From positions 4,898 through 68,897 of the forward strand of contig JBCDFV010000023.1 in the NCBI GenBank assembly GCA_039177555.1: a stretch of DNA of 64,000 nt, written 5' to 3'. This stretch comes from Pseudomonadota bacterium. Its GTDB lineage: Bacteria > Pseudomonadota > Alphaproteobacteria > DSM-16000 > Inquilinaceae. A model generated the notes under the pieces. It saw nothing but the letters and a program-made list of their open reading frames with translations, did not search any database and was not told the DNA's origin. Made by a program: the position numbers and the translations under genes. The first letter of the stretch is position 1, and every line of letters begins with the position of its first letter. This document shows positions 10,417-19,078 of this stretch, piece after piece.

Positions 10417-11934
10417 ATGCGATCAGGTTCGCCCGATGTCGTGATCATCGGCTCCGGCATGGGCGGGGCCACCTTGGCCTATGGCATCGCCGGGTCCGGC
10501 GCGCGCATCCAGATCCTGGAACGCGGCGAGGTCATCGCGCCCGGCCCGGACTGTCGCGATCCGGTGGCTATCTTCGCCAAGGGCGCCTTCCGGCCCGACG
10601 AGGAATGGCTGGACGGCGCGGGGCGCGGCTTCAACCCCGGTAACTACTACTATGTCGGCGGGAACTCCAAATTCTACGGCGCGGTGCTGTTCCGGTTTCG
10701 CGAACAGGATTTCGAGGCCATGGAGCATGCGGGTGGCATCTCGCCGGCCTGGCCGATCCGCTATGGCGATCTGCAGCCCTACTACAGCGCCGCCGAACAG
10801 CTCTATCAGGTGCGCGGCGACGCGGCGGGCGACCCGACCGAACCGCCCCATTCGGCCGCCTATCCGTTCCCACCGGTGCCCGATGAAGCGCCGATCGCGG
10901 CCGTGCGGTCGCGATTGGAAACACTGGGCCTGAGGCCATTCTCCCTGCCGCTGGCCGTCGATATCGATCGCTGGCTGGAGGGCGGCCAGACGCCGTGGGA
11001 CGCCTTTCCCGACACGAACTCCGGCAAGATGGATGCCGAAACCTGCGGCCTCGCCGAGGCTCTGAAACACCCGAACGTTGCGATCGAGACGGGCGCCGAG
11101 GTCACGCGGCTGATCACCGCGCCCGGCGGCGGTCGCATCGAGGCGGTCGAATACCGCGATCGGGCGGGCGACCTCAAACGGCTGACGCCCAGGCTCGTGA
11201 CCCTATCGGCGGGGGCGGTGAACTCCGCCGCGCTGCTGCTGCGCTCCGCCAACGACGACTACCCGACCGGCCTCGCCAACCGGTCCGACCAGGTCGGCCG
11301 CAACTTCATGAACCACAACACCTCCGCGCTGCTGTCGATCGACCCGCGCCGGGTGAACGATTGCGTCTATCAAAAGACCATCGGCATTAACGATTTCTAT
11401 CTGGACGACGGCGAGGGCGGGCCGCCCTTGGGCAATGTCCAGCTTCTCGGTCGTGTCTCCGCGCCCATCCTGAAGGCCAATCTGAAACGCCTGCCGTCCT
11501 GGCTGGTCGCGCGCATCGCCCGGCATGCGATCGACTGGTACGCGATGAGCGAGGATCTGCCCGATCCCGACAGCCGCGTTCGGATCGACGGCGCGTCGCG
11601 CATCGTGCTGGACTGGCGGCGCAGCAACATGGCGCCGCACCGCAAGCTGGTTGCGCGCATGCGCCGCGTCCTTCGCCAGGCCGGATTCCCGATCGTGCTT
11701 TCCAGACAGTTCGACCGCCGCACGCCGTCCCATCAATGCGGCACGGTGCGGTTCGGCGACGATCCGGCGACCTCGGCGCTCGATCCGTTTTGCCGCGCGC
11801 ACGACCATGCGAACCTGTTCGTGGTCGATGCCAGCTTCATGCCCAGCTCCGCCGCCGTGAACCCGGCCCTGACCGTGGCCGCCCAGGCCCTGCGCGTGGC
11901 CGATCACCTCACGCAAACGGACCTTGCCGCATGA
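10417..11934 (+). CDS. GMC-family FAD-dependent oxidoreductase
   Basis: 505 aa with FAD-binding N-terminus DVVIIGSGMGGATLA and a C-terminal GMC signature region (HQCGTVRFG, NLFVVDASFMPSS). Confidence 0.85.
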   Translation: MRSGSPDVVIIGSGMGGATLAYGIAGSGARIQILERGEVIAPGPDCRDPVAIFAKGAFRPDEEWLDGAGRGFNPGNYYYVGGNSKFYGAVLFRFREQDFEAMEHAGGISPAWPIRYGDLQPYYSAAEQLYQVRGDAAGDPTEPPHSAAYPFPPVPDEAPIAAVRSRLETLGLRPFSLPLAVDIDRWLEGGQTPWDAFPDTNSGKMDAETCGLAEALKHPNVAIETGAEVTRLITAPGGGRIEAVEYRDRAGDLKRLTPRLVTLSAGAVNSAALLLRSANDDYPTGLANRSDQVGRNFMNHNTSALLSIDPRRVNDCVYQKTIGINDFYLDDGEGGPPLGNVQLLGRVSAPILKANLKRLPSWLVARIARHAIDWYAMSEDLPDPDSRVRIDGASRIVLDWRRSNMAPHRKLVARMRRVLRQAGFPIVLSRQFDRRTPSHQCGTVRFGDDPATSALDPFCRAHDHANLFVVDASFMPSSAAVNPALTVAAQALRVADHLTQTDLAA

Positions 11935-12700
11935 CCCGTCCCGTCGCCCTTGTCACCGGCGCCCGTCGCGGCATCGGCCTCGCCATCGCCAAGTCGCTGG
12001 CTAAGGAGGGCTTCGACCTGGCGATCACCGGCACGCGGGCCGATGAGGTTGCCGAAGCCGCGTGCGACGAGATCCGCGCGGAGGGTGTTGACGTGATGTT
12101 CATCGCGTCTGATGTCGGCGATCTCGACGATCACGATCGCGCGCTGGACTTGGTGGTCGATCGGTTCGGGCGGCTGGATTGCCTGGTCAACAATGCCGGC
12201 ATCCCGTCGCCAACGCGCGGCGACATGCTGGGCCTGGCACCGGATGCCTTTGACCGGGTGATGGCGGTCAATCTTCGCGGGACCGTCTTCTTTACCCAGG
12301 CCGCCGTGCGCCGCATGCTGGCGAGCGGCGTGAGCGATCGTGCCCGGTCCGTGGTTCACGTGACCTCGGTCAGCGCGGCCATGGCCTCCACGAACCGGGC
12401 GGAGTACTGCATGTCCAAGGCCGGGCTGGCGATGTGGTCGAAATGCCTGGCCTTGCGACTGGCCGACGAAGGCATCGGCGTCTTCGAGGTCCGGCCCGGC
12501 ATCATCCGCACCGACATGACCGCCGGCGTCACGGACAAGTATGATCGGTTGATCGAGGCCGGATTGGTGCCGGCGCGCCGCTGGGGGGGCAGGGCAGCGA
12601 TATCGGCCGCGTGGTCGCCGCGCTGGCCACGGACGCATTCGACTTTGCGACGGGCAGCGTGATCGATGTCGATGGCGCCCTGTCCATATCGCGGCTTTAG
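11931..12700 (+). pseudogene. SDR-family oxidoreductase interrupted by a frameshift in a G7 run (12583-12589)
   Basis: The start ATG 11931 overlaps the upstream stop. The sequence is MTRPVALVTGARRGIGLAIA, NNAG, YCMSKAG. After ...VPARRW the annotated frame turns into nonsense. The frame one base earlier (-1 shift) reads QGSDIGRVVAALATDAFDFATGSVIDVDGALSISRL and stops at 12698-12700, 8 nt before the next gene. Confidence 0.8.
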
Positions 12701-12708
12701 GCGGACTC

Positions 12709-14346
12709 ATGGCCAAGACCTATGACTACATCATCACGGGCAGCGGCCCCGCCGGCTGCGTGCTGGCCCATCGGCTGACGGAAGACCCGGACGTCACCGT
12801 GCTGTTGCTGGAAGCCGGCGGCCCGGACCGGCACCCCTACATCCACATGCCCGCCGGCTTCGCCAAGCTAACCGGCGGCCGGTCCAACTGGGGTTATTCC
12901 ACCACGCCCCAGGCGGCGCTGGGCAACCGGGATTTCTGGTACCCCCAAGGCAAGGTCTTGGGCGGCGGCTCGTCGATCAACGCCCAGATCTACACCCGCG
13001 GTAATGCGCTCGATTACGACGAATGGGCCGACGAGGCGGGCTGCGAAGGCTGGTCTTACAAGGACGTCCTGCCCTATTTCAGGCGCGCGGAGGACAATGA
13101 CCGCTTCTCCGACGCGTTCCACGGCAATGGCGGCCCGCTGGGCGTGTCGGAGCCGGTCAATCCCCTGCCGATCTCGAAGGTCTTTCTGCGCGCCGCCCAA
13201 CAGGCCGGGCTGCCCTTCAATCCGGACTTCAACGGCGCGGTGCAGGAGGGCTGCGGCTATTACCAGATGACCCAGCGCAACGCCAAACGGTGCAGCGCCG
13301 CCGTCGGCTATCTGCGCCCAGTGCTCAGCCGGCCCAACCTGACGGTGAAGACCGGCGTGATGGTCACGAAGATTCTCATCGAAAACGGCCGCGCGGTCGG
13401 CGTCGAACAGGCCGAGGGCTCGACCGTCACCTCGACACGGTGCGAGCGCGAGGTGCTGGTCACGTCCGGCGCGATCGGCTCGCCGAAACTGCTGCTGCTG
13501 TCCGGCATTGGCCCGGCGGAGCATCTGCGCGCGGTCGGCATCGATCCGGTCCATGTTCTGCCCGGTGTCGGCGAAAACCTGCAAGACCACATGGACGTCT
13601 ATGTGGTCAACGAGTTGATCGGCAATCACAGCTACGACCATGTGGCCAAGCCGCACCACACCCTTTGGGCCGGCATTCAGTATGTCGTCCTGCGCAAAGG
13701 GCCGGTGGCCTCGAACCTGATCGATGCCGGGGGGTTCTGGTACGCCGACGAACAGGCCCGCTCGCCGGATATTCAGTTCCACTTCGTCTTGGGCTCGGGG
13801 CTGGAACACGGTCTTGAGAAGCTGAAGAATGACGGCGTGACCCTGAACTCCGCCTTCCTACGCCCGCGCTCGCGCGGCTGGGTGCGGCTCGCCTCCGCCG
13901 ACCCCAACGCCGCGCCGCTGATCAACCCCAACTATTGGGGCGATGCATATGATCGGGACATGTCGATCCGGGGCTTCAAGCTGACCCGCGAGATCATGGG
14001 CCAGGAAGCGTTCACACCCTACATCCGGGCCGAACGTCTGCCGGGCCCCGACGTGAAGTCAGAGGCCGATATCGCCGCCTATGCCACGCAGCGCGCCAAG
14101 ACCGACTACCATCCGGTCGGCACCTGCAAGATGGGCGTCGACGACTTCGCGGTGGTCGATCCCGATCTGCGGGTGCATGGGCTGGAGGGGCTGCGCGTCT
14201 GCGACTCCTCGGTCATGCCGCTGTTGGTGTCGTCCAATACCAACGCGCCCACGACCATGGTCGCGGAAAAGGCCGCCGATCACATCAGGGGCATCGTGCC
14301 CCAAGCCGCGGACGATGCGGCCCAGCATCAAAGAGTGAGCCCATGA
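12709..14346 (+). CDS. GMC-family oxidoreductase (choline/alcohol dehydrogenase-like)
   Basis: 545 aa with YDYIITGSGPAGCVLAHRLTED, GKVLGGGSSINAQIY and GMC signature 2 (GAIGSPKLLLLSGIGP). The catalytic His region is YHPVGTCKMG. Confidence 0.9.
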   Translation: MAKTYDYIITGSGPAGCVLAHRLTEDPDVTVLLLEAGGPDRHPYIHMPAGFAKLTGGRSNWGYSTTPQAALGNRDFWYPQGKVLGGGSSINAQIYTRGNALDYDEWADEAGCEGWSYKDVLPYFRRAEDNDRFSDAFHGNGGPLGVSEPVNPLPISKVFLRAAQQAGLPFNPDFNGAVQEGCGYYQMTQRNAKRCSAAVGYLRPVLSRPNLTVKTGVMVTKILIENGRAVGVEQAEGSTVTSTRCEREVLVTSGAIGSPKLLLLSGIGPAEHLRAVGIDPVHVLPGVGENLQDHMDVYVVNELIGNHSYDHVAKPHHTLWAGIQYVVLRKGPVASNLIDAGGFWYADEQARSPDIQFHFVLGSGLEHGLEKLKNDGVTLNSAFLRPRSRGWVRLASADPNAAPLINPNYWGDAYDRDMSIRGFKLTREIMGQEAFTPYIRAERLPGPDVKSEADIAAYATQRAKTDYHPVGTCKMGVDDFAVVDPDLRVHGLEGLRVCDSSVMPLLVSSNTNAPTTMVAEKAADHIRGIVPQAADDAAQHQRVSP

Positions 14347-14651
14347 TCCGCCATTGCGTTTTCATCCGCTACCGGCCCGACACCCCGCCCGAGATGAAGC
14401 GGCAAATCGGCACCGAGATCGCCGCCCTGAAGGGCCGCCTTCCAGGCCTGCGCGCGGTGCATCTGGGCGACAATGTCAGCCCCGAGGGCCTCGATAAGGG
14501 CCACAGCGAGGGCTTCATGGTCGATTTCGACGACGAAGTCGCGCTCCACCGCTATCTGGCGGACCCGGACCACAAGAAGACCGGCGCGAAGACTGTCGCA
14601 GCCGCAGAGGGTGGGCTGGACGGCATCTTTGTGTATGATCTGAGGGTGTAG
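14343..14651 (+). CDS. Dabb (stress-responsive alpha/beta-barrel) domain protein
   Basis: 102 aa with MIRHCVFIRYRPD...FMVDFDDEVALHRYLADPDH, typical of the Dabb family. There is a 4-nt overlap with the upstream gene. Confidence 0.85.
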   Translation: MIRHCVFIRYRPDTPPEMKRQIGTEIAALKGRLPGLRAVHLGDNVSPEGLDKGHSEGFMVDFDDEVALHRYLADPDHKKTGAKTVAAAEGGLDGIFVYDLRV

Positions 14652-14658
14652 CCGAGGG

Positions 14659-14674
14659 TAGCGCACGGGCGCTA
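14659..14674 (+). terminator. hairpin at the end of the LacI-headed operon (weak terminator candidate)
   Basis: TAGCGC-ACGG-GCGCTA forms a 6-bp stem 8 nt after the Dabb stop. It is followed by TTCTGTCT, which is only a weak U-tract. Confidence 0.3.
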
Positions 14675-14827
14675 TTCTGTCTGGAGTTCTTGCAATCGGC
14701 GGCCGATTAAGCGATCGGTGGATCTGCATGTTCGTGATTTGCCGCCGGTTGACGCAAAGAGCGCCGACCCAAGACGGCGTCTCGCGCGGACCGCGTTCCG
14801 TATTCCTCTTGATTGCGTGTCATCTCG

Positions 14828-15487
14828 ATGCCGTTCTTTAAGGTCTCCAGTAAACTCGTTTACTTCGCCCATGTGCCGAAATGCGCCGGGTCTGCCGTTG
14901 AGAACTATGTCGGGGCCAGATTCGGCAATATCGCCTTTCTGGACCGGTACTACCTTAGCCAACCAGAGGCGAACCGTTGGTCAAGGTCTTCGCCCCAACA
15001 TATCGATGCGGCCTCCTTGCAAAGGCTGATTCCTTTGAAGCTATTCGATGCGGTGTTCGCGATCGTTCGTCACCCGGCAACGCGGATCGTCAGCGTTTAC
15101 CGGTTCCAACGGGATGTTGAACGGTCGATCCCGTCGCAACAGAGCTTCTCCGATTGGCTGGAAGGCCTGGCCGGGAAGCGTCAAGCCAATCCATTCGCCT
15201 ATGACAACCATATCCGGCCCATGTCTGATCTGGTGCCGAACAATGCGAAGGTGTTTCGCCTCGAAGATGGTCTGGACAGGGTCGTCTCTTGGCTGGACGA
15301 TCTTGCCGGTTCCACCGACGGTCCCAGGGTGGTCCCGATCGTGAACAAAAGCGGTGCTCCACAAGAGGGCCGGGTGGTGCGTCCCAGCGACGGTGATCGC
15401 CGACTGATCGCCGAGATCTTTGCCGTCGACTTTGAGCGATTTGGGTATGGCAAACCTGTCGCTGCGCAGAATTTCATGCCGGAGTGA
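14828..15487 (+). CDS. sulfotransferase family 2 protein
   Basis: The 5'-PSB-like loop is FAHVPKCAGSAV and the 3'-PB-like motif is IVRHPATRIVSVYRF, plus DNHIRPMS. G+C is lower than the flanks. The start is uncertain (ATG 14828 or TTG 14813) and there is no clear SD. Confidence 0.8.
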   Translation: MPFFKVSSKLVYFAHVPKCAGSAVENYVGARFGNIAFLDRYYLSQPEANRWSRSSPQHIDAASLQRLIPLKLFDAVFAIVRHPATRIVSVYRFQRDVERSIPSQQSFSDWLEGLAGKRQANPFAYDNHIRPMSDLVPNNAKVFRLEDGLDRVVSWLDDLAGSTDGPRVVPIVNKSGAPQEGRVVRPSDGDRRLIAEIFAVDFERFGYGKPVAAQNFMPE

Positions 15488-15515
15488 GCGCCAATTCACC
15501 CCTGGACTCAAACAG

Positions 15516-16727
15516 TCACGCGGACTGTCTGTGGAAGATCGCTATTTCTCGCCCAGGTATGGGCGATGCGCAGCGTTCGACCGAAAACCTTCCAGTCTCG
15601 GAAACCATCCTGACGAGGGCTGGCAGGGTGAAAACGAATGTCTGATCGACGTGCTTGCTGCTCACACCCATTAGTGGCAAGTGCGCCAGATCGTCCGGAA
15701 AGGGCCCAAGTTCTTGGAACTTCGGATCTCTCAAGGTCGGATACTCGACTATGAGGCGGCGCTTGGTGAGATTCGCGGCCTTTATCAGGAAGCTTCGAAC
15801 ATCGGATACATGATGAATGACGTTGAGTGCCAGTACGTCGTCAAATTGATCCGTGAACGAAACATTAAGAAAATCTTCATTTTTGAAAGTAGCTTTACTA
15901 CATAGAATCTTTGCTATCGATTGAGCCGCATTGAACCTCCGGTACATCATTTCGATCCCAATGACCCTGTCCGCGCCAAGTCTTTCGGAAAGGAAGAGCA
16001 TCTCTCCTATGGCGCAGCCAATATCCAAAACTGAACGCCCTATATAGCTTCCCGATCGAAACTTCATGAACGTCTCGGTTCTACTGTCTGAGAGATGCCC
16101 AAAGCCTTTTCGCTTAACCCTTATGCCTTTAGGAAGAAGCACATCCTGGTATTCTGCGCCCAACATCCCCAAAGTATTATCTATGGCAGCATCTGACGGT
16201 AATGGGATGAATGACCCACGCAGGTTATGGTGGACGTAAACACGATCTGATGTCGAGAAACCACCGACCTCTTTTGAAGAGAACAGGACATCAAAAGGTA
16301 TCTTATAGTAGTCGAGTGCTCTAAAAAAACACTCATAAAAAGAGAATAGATCGACTTTCCTTATTAGCTCGAGCCAGAGCCCTCTCGGATAGAGGTCTGG
16401 GTTGCCGACCGACGGCTCTACGATTTGTCGCTCGTTTGCTCTTTCGATGAGCTCTTCAATAGGCGCTACTATCACGATTGCGTGCGAAATATTCTGAGAG
16501 AGAAGTATTTTCTTCAGTATTGGCTCTTCAGCAATATCAAGTCCTAATGCTAGTGAATTACCGATATCTGTATTTATTATATAGTGAAGTAAGTTATAGT
16601 GAATAACACCGCTGTGAGGAACATCTTTATTGACTAGATCGTGCGCAAACGAAACCGGTGAAATCGATCTTCTCTTAATGTATGTTGATTTTCCCGAGTT
16701 GCTGGGGCCTGATACAAGCAATGTCAC
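15516..16727 (-). CDS. fusion protein: N-terminal Walker-A P-loop (kinase-like) domain plus C-terminal class I SAM-dependent methyltransferase
   Basis: 403 aa with a GTG start. Walker A GPSNSGKST lies at residues 7-15. MTase motif I is VLDIGCAIGEM, with post-I GADRVIGIE and DVLALNVIHHV. The DNA is very AT-rich: 40 G+C in 120 nt at 16501-16620. Confidence 0.75.
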   Translation of the reverse strand: MTLLVSGPSNSGKSTYIKRRSISPVSFAHDLVNKDVPHSGVIHYNLLHYIINTDIGNSLALGLDIAEEPILKKILLSQNISHAIVIVAPIEELIERANERQIVEPSVGNPDLYPRGLWLELIRKVDLFSFYECFFRALDYYKIPFDVLFSSKEVGGFSTSDRVYVHHNLRGSFIPLPSDAAIDNTLGMLGAEYQDVLLPKGIRVKRKGFGHLSDSRTETFMKFRSGSYIGRSVLDIGCAIGEMLFLSERLGADRVIGIEMMYRRFNAAQSIAKILCSKATFKNEDFLNVSFTDQFDDVLALNVIHHVSDVRSFLIKAANLTKRRLIVEYPTLRDPKFQELGPFPDDLAHLPLMGVSSKHVDQTFVFTLPALVRMVSETGRFSVERCASPIPGREIAIFHRQSA

Positions 16728-16841
16728 TTCAGCATTCCATGTCTTTGAGAAACATCCGTGTCATCAGCATCGAGCACGCCTTATCGGGACTACAGGCTGA
16801 TTAAGCTGTCAAGTAACAGAAGCAACCCGGCTAACGGCAAA

Positions 16842-16866
16842 GATCCACTGCGATCCACTGCGATCT
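16842..16866. repeat. short tandem repeat (GATCCACTGC x2.4)
   Basis: GATCCACTGC occurs at 16842-16851 and 16852-16861, then GATCT(AC), in non-coding DNA at the right edge of the AT-rich islet. Confidence 0.6.
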
Positions 16867-17093
16867 ACGTCGATGAGCCTCCATTGATACTGCAGATTGC
16901 GGCCGCCGCAAACCGCACCGACGTTGCAGAATACACATAAAAAAGTGTCTGCAGGATCTTTGCTTGAAGCATTGGCCGATACACCGCTTCGCTACTGCAT
17001 GCAACAAGTGTGTTTAGCGCCGTCCGTCCCACTTGCCTTGCCGGTTGGCTCAGGCTGATACCGCAAGTAACAAGGTCTTTGAGCAGCCAATCC

Positions 17094-17876
17094 CTACGAC
17101 ATGATCAGCCCGCCATCGACGTTGATCGTCTGGCCGGTGATGTAGGCCGCGTCGTCGCTGGCTAGGAAGGCGACCAGGCCGGCGACGTCGTTCCCTGTTC
17201 CCGCCCGGCCCATGGGGATGCTTGAAACCCACTCGGCCATCAACTCGCCCGGCTTGTAGTTGCCCAGCAGCTTGCCCCAGGCCTCGTCATTATAGGCCCA
17301 CATGTCGGTGTCGATGATGCCGGGGCAAAAGGCGTTCACGGTGATGCCTTCCTTGGCGACCTCCTTGGCCAGGCTTTGGGTGATCCCCACCACGCCGAAT
17401 TTGCTGGCGGCATAGTGCGGCGTGTAGATGAAACCCTCCCGCGCCTGGCCCGAGGCGGTGTTGATCAGCCGGCCGCCGGACCCGTGCTTGCGCATGCGCG
17501 CGATCGCTTCCTGACAGCAGAGAAACACGCCCTTGGTGTTCACCGCCAGGGTGCGGTCCCACTCCGCCTCGGTCATCTTCTCGATCGGCGCGATCGTGAT
17601 GACCCCGGCGTTTTGAACGGAGATGTCGACACGGCCGTAAGCGTCCTCTGCCGAGTCATAAAGCGCGGTGACATCGGCGCGATCGGTCACGTCACCGACA
17701 AAGGCCGTGGCCGTCCCACCGCCTGCACGGATGGCATCGGCAACGCTCTCGACCGCCTGCTCATTGGCGGAAACCACGACGCCGGCGCCTTCCCGTGCGA
17801 ACCGTTTGGCGATCGCTGCGCCAATGCCCCGGCTGGCGCCGGTGACGACAACGGTCTTGCCCGTGAATCTGGTCAT
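17094..17876 (-). CDS. SDR-family polyol/sugar dehydrogenase (sorbitol/galactitol dehydrogenase-like)
   Basis: The start is ATG 17876, preceded by a GGGGGAGG SD. The sequence has TGKTVVVTGASRGIGAAIA, NAG and YAASK. The C-terminus is DDAAYITGQTINVDGGLIMS. Confidence 0.9.
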   Translation of the reverse strand: MTRFTGKTVVVTGASRGIGAAIAKRFAREGAGVVVSANEQAVESVADAIRAGGGTATAFVGDVTDRADVTALYDSAEDAYGRVDISVQNAGVITIAPIEKMTEAEWDRTLAVNTKGVFLCCQEAIARMRKHGSGGRLINTASGQAREGFIYTPHYAASKFGVVGITQSLAKEVAKEGITVNAFCPGIIDTDMWAYNDEAWGKLLGNYKPGELMAEWVSSIPMGRAGTGNDVAGLVAFLASDDAAYITGQTINVDGGLIMS

Positions 17877-17890
17877 CCTTGCCTCCCCCT

Positions 17891-18856
17891 TCATGTGCCC
17901 GCCGGTTCGCCAAGCAGGCGGCCGGCGGTGAATTTGTCGGTGATCAGAATGTCGACATAGCCGCCCAGCAGCGCCGCCTTGATCGCGCGGTCCTTGCGCG
18001 CGCCGCCGGCGATGCCGACAACCCGGTCCGCGCCCTTCAGCTCGTCCAGGCTGATGGAAATGACCCGGTCATCCAGCGGCGTGCGCACCGGCGTGCCGTC
18101 GGCGGCGAAGAAGCGTAGGCAGATGTCGCCCTCCGCCCCGCTGTCCTTCAGCTCTTGCAGTTCCTCGGGCGTGAAGACATTGCCGCTGGTGGCCAGCATG
18201 CGCGACGGTTCGACCGCGCCGATGCCGACCAGCGCTAGGCTGACATCGCGAAACTCGTCCATCGTTGCCTGCACGAAGCTGTCGTCCAGCAAGGCGCGTC
18301 TGGCCTCGATGCTGCTGGCGACTCCCGGCGCGGACAGCAATTGCGGCTGGGCGCCCGTCAGTTGGGCCAGCCGCGTGGTCAGATGGGTCGCGTGCACCTG
18401 AACGCTAGGGTTGCCCATGCCGCCCAGGATCTGCACCACGCGCGCCGCCTTCACCCGCTTCAACGGGGGCAGGCTGTCGACCATGCGCAAGAGCGACGCG
18501 CTCCAGGACGAGATGCCGATCACCTCGCGGTCGTTCAGCGTCGTCGACAGAAAGTGCGCCGCCGCGTCGCCGATCGCCGACAGGATCGACTCCTCGCGGT
18601 CCTCGCCGCATTCCGCCACGATCGCTTCCTTCAGGCCAAAGCGTTCGCGCAAGCCGGTTTCCAGATCGGGGAAGGTGCCGCGCGGCACGTTGATGGTGAT
18701 GCGGACGATGTTCTCGTCCACCGCCCGCTTCAACAGGCGCGAGATGGTGGCTTGCGAGATGTTCAGGATCGCTGAGATCTGGGCCTGCTTCAGCCCCTCC
18801 AGATAGTACATCTGGGTGACACGGGTGATCAGCCGCAATTCGTTGGTGCGCGCCAT
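17891..18856 (-). CDS. SorC-family sugar-binding transcriptional regulator
   Basis: 321 aa. The N-terminal HTH is VTQMYYLEGLKQAQISAILNISQATISRLLKRA. It is followed by a DeoR-C/SorC sugar-phosphate-binding domain (GISSWSASL, GGARK). Confidence 0.9.
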   Translation of the reverse strand: MARTNELRLITRVTQMYYLEGLKQAQISAILNISQATISRLLKRAVDENIVRITINVPRGTFPDLETGLRERFGLKEAIVAECGEDREESILSAIGDAAAHFLSTTLNDREVIGISSWSASLLRMVDSLPPLKRVKAARVVQILGGMGNPSVQVHATHLTTRLAQLTGAQPQLLSAPGVASSIEARRALLDDSFVQATMDEFRDVSLALVGIGAVEPSRMLATSGNVFTPEELQELKDSGAEGDICLRFFAADGTPVRTPLDDRVISISLDELKGADRVVGIAGGARKDRAIKAALLGGYVDILITDKFTAGRLLGEPAGT

Positions 18857-18963
18857 GAGGCCGCCGGTCCTCCGCCGTTCTTATCCCCGAGCCCCTGTCG
18901 GCCGCCCGCCCGCGCACGGCACGGCCCATTCCAGTGATCCGATCGACCACGGTCCCGGTGTTC

Positions 18964-18992
18964 TTGACACGACCGTAGACGAGTCTTAGCAT
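18964..18992 (+). promoter_or_regulatory. sigma70-like promoter candidate for the transketolase operon
   Basis: TTGACA (18964-18969), a 17-nt spacer, then TAGCAT (18987-18992). It lies in the AT-rich divergent intergenic region about 90 nt upstream of the TTG start at 19079. Confidence 0.35.
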
Positions 18993-19078
18993 GAAAATTA
19001 ATCCAGTAATGAATAAAAATTCAGTCCGCCAAAGAATGCTGGTGATGATCCATTGCCAAGGGCGCTGGGAGGAACGGT

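Noticed and set aside
14701-14716. Possible att-like direct repeat GGCCGATTAAGCGATC (14701-14716) versus GGCTGATTAAGCTGTC (16795-16810) bracketing the AT-rich islet
   Set aside because: Only 13 of 16 positions match. A rough estimate over the roughly 160 x 370 possible alignments of the two border regions gives an expected chance occurrence of about 0.2. That is not significant on its own.
16758-16940. 60-aa ORF in the spacer at the right edge of the islet
   Set aside because: It has no SD and no motifs, it spans the tandem repeat, and its composition is unlike either flank. I treat it as non-coding.
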